From positions 1 to 34,323 of the IMG/VR virus record IMGVR_UViG_3300006118_000025: a stretch of DNA of 34,323 nucleotides; one strand, given 5' to 3'. The translations under genes were made by a program, and so were the position numbers. This DNA is from a virus. Lineage: Duplodnaviria > Caudoviricetes. The notes under the pieces were generated by a model. The model was not told the DNA's origin, searched no databases, and saw only the letters and a program-made list of their open reading frames with translations. How positions within the stretch are numbered: position 1 is the first letter of the stretch; the number at the start of each line of letters is the position of its first letter. Below are positions 1-6,675 of this stretch, in pieces.

Positions 1-677
1 GAACACCTGACGCACTTATGAATGGTCAGGCCATAGTTGATCTAATTCAAAGTTGTTGCCCTAGTATTAGTAATGCGTGGGCTATGCCTACTGTTGATAC
101 TGATGCGCTACTTATTGCTATACGTATAGCCACAAACGGCAGCAACATGGCTATTGACAGTAAATGCCCAAAATGTGAACATGATAACAGACACGAAGTT
201 GATCTAAATGGTTATTTGTTACGAGTAAGATCACCAGATTACAGTCAAACATTTAATATTGATGGGTTGACTTTTAAGTTTAAACCTGCTAACTATCTGC
301 AATATACAAAAAACTCACTACTACAATTTGAAAGTGAAAAGATTTTAGATATAATCAATAATCCAGATATATCAGATGAAATTAAAAAAGCACAGTTTGA
401 TATACAATTACAAAATATTATAAAACTTACACATCAGATCATTACTTTCAATACAGAAAGCATTACTACAGAAGAAGGTATTATAGTTACAAATCCTGAA
501 CATATTAGTGAATTTTATGATAATGCTAATAAAAACATTATTCGTAGAGTGCAAGATATTGTTGTTAGTTTGAATGATAGCGTTAAACAACAAACTACAA
601 AAGTATCATGTGAAGCATGTGAAACAACATATGAGGTAGACGTAACATTCGATTACGCAAATTTTTTCGACGATTAA
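1..677 (+). CDS. Baseplate hub assembly protein, T4 gp26-like (5'-truncated by the window edge)
   Basis: The frame is open from position 3 (TPDALMNGQA...), so the true start lies upstream of the window. It has two CxxC motifs (CPKC, CEAC), an 'LLIAIRIAT' segment and a C-terminal 'NFF', as in gp26-like hub assembly proteins of T4-like phages. It is followed by a gp51-like frame. Confidence 0.7.
   Translation, partial: TPDALMNGQAIVDLIQSCCPSISNAWAMPTVDTDALLIAIRIATNGSNMAIDSKCPKCEHDNRHEVDLNGYLLRVRSPDYSQTFNIDGLTFKFKPANYLQYTKNSLLQFESEKILDIINNPDISDEIKKAQFDIQLQNIIKLTHQIITFNTESITTEEGIIVTNPEHISEFYDNANKNIIRRVQDIVVSLNDSVKQQTTKVSCEACETTYEVDVTFDYANFFDD
659..665 (+). other. Putative programmed -1 ribosomal frameshift site (A AAT TTT, overlapping T TTT TTC)
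   Basis: An X XXY YYZ heptamer lies in the zero frame just before the stop (GCA AAT TTT TTC GAC GAT TAA). The -1 frame is open from 635 to TAA 896-898. Confidence 0.65.
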
Positions 678-898
678 TAGTAAATTTAAGTTTACCTGAA
701 ATTGAAGTAGAAGTTAATCGTTATGAAGGCGAAGTAAGACGCATTAAACAAAATGCACTTCAAATGTGTTGGTATATGCGTGGTGGCGTTACTTTTGATG
801 AAATGATGAATATGAGTGTTGCTGAACGAGAAGTTATTACTAAGATAGTTGAAGAGAACTTAGAAACTACTAAGAAATCTAATCTTCCTTTCTTTTAA
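659..898 (+). CDS. gp51-like baseplate hub assembly / tail chaperone C-terminal frame (probably reached by -1 frameshift; first in-frame ATG at 764)
   Basis: Translated by hand: (FF)RRLIVNLSLPEIEVEVNRYEGEVRRIKQNALQMCWYMRGGVTFDEMMNMSVAEREVITKIVEENLETTKKSNLPFF*. The 'WYMRGGVTFDE.MNMS..ER' segment resembles gp51-like and tail-chaperone C-terminal motifs. It is absent from the ORF track. Confidence 0.7.
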   Translation, partial: KFFRRLIVNLSLPEIEVEVNRYEGEVRRIKQNALQMCWYMRGGVTFDEMMNMSVAEREVITKIVEENLETTKKSNLPFF

Positions 899-948
899 TG
901 ATGTGCTGCGCACATCAGTTCAGGTGCTATCGCACCTTCACTTTTTTT
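899..948 (+). terminator. Tandem hairpins ending in a U-tract: rho-independent terminator for the + strand baseplate genes
   Basis: TGATGTGC-tgc-GCACATCA (899-917, 8 bp stem), then AGGTGC-tatc-GCACCT (922-937), followed by TTTTTTT (942-948), immediately after the stop at 898. Confidence 0.65.
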
Positions 949-959
949 AATTTTTTAGT

Positions 960-1310
960 AGTTTCATTTAGACTGGATTCTGGACATAGATTTCCTTAAG
1001 CAGGAAATCCATATCCAGAATAGCTTCATTTGAGCTATCATCAGGACATTAGCAAACGGAACTTGATACACAAGTGGGGCGGTTAGCCTGTACCCCATCA
1101 CTTCCTGTAGATTTTACCAACGGAGCCACTACAAACCCTTGCTAACGAACTTGCAGTAGATGCGGTTGCTTTTTCTCAGAGCCGCAATCATTTAGCCTAA
1201 CGTTTGGCCAAACGATTCCAATCACAGCAATGTCGGGGTGCTGACAACCTTCAATTTATTCCTATTTGTGGATATGCTGCCTGAATTGCCAGTAAGCCTG
1301 AAATGCCTAT
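960..1310 (-). ncRNA. Putative structured non-coding RNA (unassigned family) with predicted pseudoknot
   Basis: There is no ORF in a 424-nt gap of an otherwise packed genome. Minus-strand helices: 20 bp at 977-1021 (2 G-U), 13 bp at 1126-1159 (5 G-U), and short stems at 1061-1075, 1075-1097, 1161-1186 and 1201-1214. The loop at 1139-1146 is complementary to 1048-1055. Boundaries are approximate. Confidence 0.6.
1279..1307. repeat. Short direct repeat GCCTGAAwTGCC x2 (four GCC units spaced 8-9 nt)
   Basis: GCCTGAATTGCC (1279-1290) vs GCCTGAAATGCC (1296-1307), 11/12 identical. Confidence 0.45.
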
Positions 1311-1322
1311 AAAGTATATATG

Positions 1323-1862
1323 TTAATTTGTTATGAGCCAGTGATTTATTTCTAAACTTATTTGTATTGCTACACGCATATCTGGTATGCACTCTACACT
1401 ATGAATAACTTGTGCATCAAGTAATACCCATTTATGCTGCGGTATAGCAATACTTTCTATTTCAATCAATACATTATTATCAAAACTTTGTTTGCGTGTC
1501 AAAATAAAACTATCATCTACATGCTTATAAAATACAGTTCTATGATTTTCACCACCACTGCGTAACAAATACATTAGAGTATAGTTTCTATTGCGATCAG
1601 TATGCGGCTTAATACGTTCATGCTCACTTTGCTCACTTACTGCTAATTCATAAGCAATAGCATTATCAATAATATTTTGCATACACCACAGTTTAAGTTC
1701 ATCACTAAGTGGAAATCTTGGATATTTTTTAAGAATTTCACCGCTATTACGTTGTATTTTACTGGCTTGTTCTACAATAGCAGATTCATCAATACTGTTT
1801 AGAGCAGCATCAAGCAAATCTTGTGGTGGGTGTGGTAGTTGCTCTAATACTACATAGTTCAT
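1323..1862 (-). CDS. 2OG-Fe(II) oxygenase-like / cupin-fold protein
   Basis: HxD (PHTD), a distal His (IHSVE) and Arg (RVAIQI), spaced as in the double-stranded beta-helix metal triad plus 2OG-binding Arg. The ATGA overlap with the upstream gene suggests translational coupling. Confidence 0.65.
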   Translation of the reverse strand: MNYVVLEQLPHPPQDLLDAALNSIDESAIVEQASKIQRNSGEILKKYPRFPLSDELKLWCMQNIIDNAIAYELAVSEQSEHERIKPHTDRNRNYTLMYLLRSGGENHRTVFYKHVDDSFILTRKQSFDNNVLIEIESIAIPQHKWVLLDAQVIHSVECIPDMRVAIQISLEINHWLITN

Positions 1863-2689
1863 CGTAATTGTTCGCTTATGACTTGAAACTTATGTTGTTC
1901 ACTAGTAACTTCACTATTACCAAAACTGTTAACAAGCAATTGCCAACGATAATCATGTCGTAACTTAATAATTTTTTCTTGTAGTTCACGTGTTTGATCA
2001 ACACTCAAATTAGCAGCAACAATTATAAACACATCTTGTAACAACGGATATTCTAGTGTGCCTTTGCCTTGCAGCATTTTATAAACACTAGTAAATCTAT
2101 TGCCGTTAATCTCGCTGTCATAATCGCTGCCTATAAACAAACAGTTTACTTTATCTATATTTTTACCAATCCATTCACTATCTACAACAGCATAATCAAA
2201 CTCATTTCCTAATATAACTTCACGAGTTTTGCCAGTATTGCCTACTACTACTGTGTTAAAGTTCATAATTTTTAGTCCACTTACAAGTTTTTTGACAATA
2301 GCATCATTTACAATATTCGTAGCAATTGTTTTACGTTTACTAGGATTTTCAAAATATTCCCAACCCAAATCACGATCACGACGATAGCATAAACCGTAAG
2401 TATATGAAAACAGTTCATCTGCTATGGTAACATTAGTATTAAAGTTAAGTTTACAAATATCATCATGCAAACCCATAGCACTTTGTATATAAACTGTGGG
2501 CTTACCAACTTCAATATCATATTTAACAACAGAACAATTCTGTGCATAATTTACAGTAGTGCCTAGTATATCTGCTGCAAGTTGTGCAACACGACCAGTA
2601 GCACCGCCTGGTGGCACACCTACTGTAAGTTCTTGTGCATATGCAGTTGTGGTAAAAATAAAAAATGCAGTAATAATTTTCTTTAACAT
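1859..2689 (-). CDS. tctC: TctC/Bug-like periplasmic substrate-binding protein (tripartite tricarboxylate transporter family), divergent
   Basis: Likely start is ATG 2689 (GGA upstream), giving a signal peptide MLKKIITAFFIFTTTAYA. It is followed by 'VGVPPGGATGRVAQ', matching the Bug-family VPxxPGGxxDxxAR motif. It is adjacent to a TctA-like gene. The track start at 2710 is less likely. Confidence 0.6.
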   Translation of the reverse strand: MLKKIITAFFIFTTTAYAQELTVGVPPGGATGRVAQLAADILGTTVNYAQNCSVVKYDIEVGKPTVYIQSAMGLHDDICKLNFNTNVTIADELFSYTYGLCYRRDRDLGWEYFENPSKRKTIATNIVNDAIVKKLVSGLKIMNFNTVVVGNTGKTREVILGNEFDYAVVDSEWIGKNIDKVNCLFIGSDYDSEINGNRFTSVYKMLQGKGTLEYPLLQDVFIIVAANLSVDQTRELQEKIIKLRHDYRWQLLVNSFGNSEVTSEQHKFQVISEQLR

Positions 2690-2690
2690 A

Positions 2691-3989
2691 TTAATTTCCA
2701 TATAATCCATATATTATTCTAGCAACTGTTTCATATTGTGGTCCTACTAACAGACCGATAACAAAAGGCATTTTATCAAATTTTCGTAATATTAACCCTA
2801 GTGGTAGAAATACAGCAGTTATTACCAAATAAAATACCATACTATCATTTATAAATCCAATTAATAATATACAAAACACAAGTATTATTACAGAACTATA
2901 CTTTAATAGCGCAAAGTTTTTAGTAAGGTAGCGCACTAACTGTATAGCAAGTGGATAAGCGCAAAGATAGCCTATGCAGTTAGCAAGTGCAAATCCACAC
3001 CCAATCCATAGTATATTTGATTGTAACCAAGCATAACTAAAACTTGCGCCATGTCGTGTAACTACATCATATAGCACATATTCGCTAGGCACAATAGGTA
3101 TAGCAAAAACAAATAGTGGTATTAAACTAGCAATTAGCCCACTATTATGTGCACAATCACTAGCAGATAAGCAGTTTGCATCGCCAACGGTATAATTACT
3201 GCCACGCAACTTCTTTTCAATAGCATAAGATAGATTGCTGCTAATAACGATGCTTAACATAGGTATAAACCCACAAATATAACCTATGATGCTGCTGCGT
3301 AGTAGTGTAATTAGTGGAAGTTTGACTTTTTCGCTACTCATACAACTATTAGTGTTTGTTGCGCTGTTAGTAAAACATAGCACTAGTGGCAAACTATAAA
3401 AACTTAATAGCACTATACTGCTAGGTAATCCACCAAACAAATAAGGATTATTAAAAGTAGCAAATGGCTCGTTTGTTATTTTATTAATGCCAACACTTGC
3501 TACCAAGTAACCCCATATACATAATGTGATATTAGAAATATACTTGCCATTAGCACTACAAACTAGTATGAATGTAGCAGTTAATAAAACCAATTGAACT
3601 GTATAATTGAAAATATAACTTAAACTAGTTAAAAAATTACACAGTATTAATGAAATGACAATAGCAATTACACTGCCGCAAAAACTAGCAGCAGCACCAC
3701 TAGACAGTGCAGTTTTGGTTTTATTGTTGCGAACTAGTGCATAACCTTCAGTAACGCTAGGCAAACAACTGTTTTCAGTAGGTATGCCAAGCAAACTGCT
3801 GCTAGCACCACCAAAGTATTGTGTAAGTGTTACAAGCCCAATATAAAATGCTATGACCATATTGGGTGGCAACAGTAGTAGCAGCGGCATAGTAGCAATC
3901 ATGATTGTTGAACTGCTGAAACCAGGCAGTATGCCCGCAGCAGTTCCTAAACCACAACCGACTAAACATGCTAGTGTAAGTTCAATCAC
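2691..3989 (-). CDS. tctA: TctA-like tripartite tricarboxylate transporter large permease subunit
   Basis: Highly hydrophobic 432 aa protein with TctA motifs: G..AG.LPG, 'YFGGASSSLLGIP', 'EGYAL', 'GYICGFIP', 'AHNSG..ASLIPLFVFAIP' and C-terminal 'PFVIGLLVGP.YE'. Confidence 0.85.
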   Translation of the reverse strand: MIELTLACLVGCGLGTAAGILPGFSSSTIMIATMPLLLLLPPNMVIAFYIGLVTLTQYFGGASSSLLGIPTENSCLPSVTEGYALVRNNKTKTALSSGAAASFCGSVIAIVISLILCNFLTSLSYIFNYTVQLVLLTATFILVCSANGKYISNITLCIWGYLVASVGINKITNEPFATFNNPYLFGGLPSSIVLLSFYSLPLVLCFTNSATNTNSCMSSEKVKLPLITLLRSSIIGYICGFIPMLSIVISSNLSYAIEKKLRGSNYTVGDANCLSASDCAHNSGLIASLIPLFVFAIPIVPSEYVLYDVVTRHGASFSYAWLQSNILWIGCGFALANCIGYLCAYPLAIQLVRYLTKNFALLKYSSVIILVFCILLIGFINDSMVFYLVITAVFLPLGLILRKFDKMPFVIGLLVGPQYETVARIIYGLYGN

Positions 3990-5097
3990 CTATGCAATAC
4001 CTCGTACTCCATGCACCAACTAAACCATTATAAATGTCACCGCCATTAAGAAAATATGTATCAACTGTGTTCTGCAATTGTTTTAGAGTAGCCATATATG
4101 TGTTACTTGATTCACTATTGCTATCCCATATCCAACGGTTTTTTTCTTTTAATAAAGGCATATCTTTGCCTAAACTGTATGTTTGGTCGCTCCAATATGG
4201 ATAACAAGCACGTCGAACACATGTAAAGTATAATTTACTATTAAAATTTGCGTCATTTGTAAAGTTCTGTGAAATAAACTGTGGATCATAGTGTGCTGTA
4301 ATATATTTTTTAACCAGATGCGATTGTTTAATAGTTACTATTGGACTGTCTGGACTAATGTAAAATGGTTCTAGTGTTATGCCACAATCATAATTGTGGT
4401 ATTTGGCAAAGTTATAAGGATTACTAACATCTAAAAATCCGCTATACCAAACGCCATTCTCATAATAAATTCTAGGTTTCTCTAATCCTGTAATTACAGC
4501 AACTGATTTACCACTTTCACGAATCTTTAACCAATTGTAGTTTTCATAGATTAAACCAGGTTTTACTGCTTGTTCAAGTATAATACAAGGTTCAGTTTCA
4601 CAAAACCAATTTAGATCAGGAATTATATTTTTAGTAAGTTGTGGTATCATATCTAGTTTAGATACTGTGATATTGGCAGCAATTAGCCTATGCAGCATAT
4701 CGCTGCCAGCATGTATGATTTCTAAATTACTAGTATTTGATGATTCATTATGGCTGCTATACCAATAAGCAACTTCGTCTAGTGGTATATTGTTGTTTAA
4801 GAATGTTTTAAGCGCATTACTGCTATCGCTGCCACCGCTATATAACAAAACAATATAATCATACTTTTGCCGCAATTGACGTGCTCGTGCAGCATATAGA
4901 TCAATTATTGATATATCTGGTTCGCATGCCCAATCATAACGACCATAGATATGATCATGATAATAAAATCTAATATTGCTGCTGTTACGTTGCTGTGCTG
5001 CAAATATGCACTCTAATTTGTTGTAAAATACATGGGTATCGTCTAGCAACCAATAGCCCATATGTTGTTGCAGCAAAGAAAGTTGTGAAAAATCCAT
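3982..5097 (-). CDS. PP-loop (N-type ATP pyrophosphatase / asparagine-synthase C-terminal-like) protein
   Basis: 'RARQLRQKYDYIVLLYSGGSDS' contains the SGGxDS PP-loop after a beta strand. No glutaminase domain is evident. Confidence 0.65.
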   Translation of the reverse strand: MDFSQLSLLQQHMGYWLLDDTHVFYNKLECIFAAQQRNSSNIRFYYHDHIYGRYDWACEPDISIIDLYAARARQLRQKYDYIVLLYSGGSDSSNALKTFLNNNIPLDEVAYWYSSHNESSNTSNLEIIHAGSDMLHRLIAANITVSKLDMIPQLTKNIIPDLNWFCETEPCIILEQAVKPGLIYENYNWLKIRESGKSVAVITGLEKPRIYYENGVWYSGFLDVSNPYNFAKYHNYDCGITLEPFYISPDSPIVTIKQSHLVKKYITAHYDPQFISQNFTNDANFNSKLYFTCVRRACYPYWSDQTYSLGKDMPLLKEKNRWIWDSNSESSNTYMATLKQLQNTVDTYFLNGGDIYNGLVGAWSTRYCIGD

Positions 5098-5102
5098 GAA
5101 TT

Positions 5103-5131
5103 ATTTTATCACACACAGCAGATGCGATCAA
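5103..5131 (-). promoter_or_regulatory. Sigma70-type promoter, probably leaderless, for the PP-loop/tctA/tctC/oxygenase unit
   Basis: Minus strand TTGATC-N17-TAAAAT with a TGn extended -10; the ATG (5097) lies 5 nt after the -10 hexamer. Confidence 0.55.
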
Positions 5132-6141
5132 TTTATATATATGCCAGTTACCATATGCTGACGCAACCAATCTTCACAATCATCGTGCAATTCAATAGTC
5201 ATAGCATATCTATCGTTGTCACTGTCATTTACTGCTGCATGCGCTAGCACACCGCTGCCGATAAAATTTAATCCACGTGCCATTATACCGCCACGTGAAA
5301 GTTTAAGTAGCCCATTACCACTACCAAAAGTATAATGTATATGTGGTCCATCATGATAATCACGATGCATGCGTATATAACCACCTGGTCCAAGACGCAG
5401 CACATTTACTGTTTTATACTTTGTTATACCTATATAACGTAACCAATCATGTATAAATTGTGGTATAGTCTCGCCTTCTAACCATTTTTTACGATACCAG
5501 TTGCCATGTATTTTTGTATTGTCTGTAGTAAGATCGTTGCTAATTTCAATTGAACTGCTGTGTAAATCAATTGGTATTTTCTTTATTTTTTCAAAAAAAT
5601 TAACATCTGGAGTTAAGCAATCTAATGGAAAGTGCGGCAGTTCAGTTATCTTATCTAGTTTGAACCAATTAATGCCTTGCTGTGTTTCAAAGAATTTAAT
5701 AAGTGACGGTGGATAATGTGTATATTGCAGTTTGGTGCCAAAATCCACATATGTAGCATAATTAGCATAAAAGTCAACCCAATTTATGCCGTTTTCATTT
5801 ATTTGATTTAGATAATTTTCATATGCGGTATACAAATCTGTGTGTAGCACAATATTCCACCAACCATCTAGTTTTTCAAAATGCGTTATTGGTGGTGGTA
5901 AAAATTCATTAGCATCACTAATAAACCAACCTGTATAAATCATATGTCTTATGCTTTCGCCATTTAACATAATATCGTTAATCATAAAACTATTTTTATT
6001 ATCGCACTTAATTTGCAATAAAAACCAACCATTTACAGACGAAACAAGCGGTTCAATACCATCTAAAACATAATCATGTTTGGTGTTAATCTTTATTGTA
6101 AGTGGAACCTTTGAATCAGTAATGATATCTATTTTTACCAT
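5128..6141 (-). CDS. Aspartyl/asparaginyl beta-hydroxylase-like 2OG-Fe(II) oxygenase with an unknown N-terminal domain
   Basis: C-terminal 'LRLGPGGYIRMHRD ... HAAVNDSDNDRY' is the AspH-type HxD..H..N...R pattern. ATG 6141 (GAGGT upstream) is preferred; TTG 6153 is an alternative start. Confidence 0.7.
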   Translation of the reverse strand: MVKIDIITDSKVPLTIKINTKHDYVLDGIEPLVSSVNGWFLLQIKCDNKNSFMINDIMLNGESIRHMIYTGWFISDANEFLPPPITHFEKLDGWWNIVLHTDLYTAYENYLNQINENGINWVDFYANYATYVDFGTKLQYTHYPPSLIKFFETQQGINWFKLDKITELPHFPLDCLTPDVNFFEKIKKIPIDLHSSSIEISNDLTTDNTKIHGNWYRKKWLEGETIPQFIHDWLRYIGITKYKTVNVLRLGPGGYIRMHRDYHDGPHIHYTFGSGNGLLKLSRGGIMARGLNFIGSGVLAHAAVNDSDNDRYAMTIELHDDCEDWLRQHMVTGIYIN

Positions 6142-6153
6142 TTTACCTCGCAA

Positions 6154-6675
6154 TTAGTTACTAGCGCAACAAAGTGCTACAAAATCTTTATTTAATGTCC
6201 AAAACTTATCATAATCCATGATTGCCCAACGAATATCACGATATTGATACAACATGTGGAACTCGACAAATAATGGCAAATCATAATATTGGTCAAATTC
6301 TACAGCAACAAATTTGCCTTTACGGTTAAATTTCATAATTAATATATTAAAATCGCCGTCATCGCTGGCATCAAGCAATTGATCTAACCATACATCTAAT
6401 TGCTTACAACTGCCGCTAAACAGTTGATGAAACGGAAAATCAGCATAACTTTTACATTCACAATTAAACTTTGGAAAACTTTGACCAGGTATAATATCGC
6501 CTTTGAACGAACGAATTTGACCTTCGTGTAAGTATTCTTTACGTTTTGTATTGGTTCCGCCAACATATGCACCACTGCCAGGCGCACGTATAAATGTTTC
6601 ACCATATAGATTTGTAAGGTGTTTGGCAACATCACGTTCCCAACTATTGCCTTTGTTTTTGCTACGACTTGTCAT
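6154..6675 (-). CDS. Holliday junction resolvase (PD-(D/E)xK, Hjc-like)
   Basis: 'SKNKGNSWERDVAKHL', 'R.PGSGA', 'GDII' and 'ECK' motifs; ATGA overlap with the gp46-like gene. Confidence 0.8.
   Translation of the reverse strand: MTSRSKNKGNSWERDVAKHLTNLYGETFIRAPGSGAYVGGTNTKRKEYLHEGQIRSFKGDIIPGQSFPKFNCECKSYADFPFHQLFSGSCKQLDVWLDQLLDASDDGDFNILIMKFNRKGKFVAVEFDQYYDLPLFVEFHMLYQYRDIRWAIMDYDKFWTLNKDFVALCCASN

Noticed and set aside
955-1045. Minus-strand CUGAUGA (1043->1037) with a later GAAAC, suggesting a hammerhead ribozyme
   Set aside because: No stem II closes directly between CUGAUGA and GAAA, and I could not build stems I and III with a UH cleavage site.
1231-1246. Hairpin TGTCGG-ggtg-CTGACA whose G-U pair favours the plus strand
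   Set aside because: One wobble in a 6-bp stem (plus one in the short 1021-1037 stem) is outweighed by seven minus-strand G-U pairs in the two long helices; noted as minor contrary evidence.
899-1322. Possible CRISPR array or tRNA in the intergenic gap
   Set aside because: No regularly spaced 25-40 nt repeats and no cloverleaf with a T-loop/CCA; only inverted repeats and one short direct repeat.
4985-5170. 61-aa minus-strand ORF as a possible TctB or precursor peptide for the PP-loop enzyme
   Set aside because: It overlaps two real genes and the predicted promoter, is too short for a 4-TM TctB, and has no RiPP leader features.
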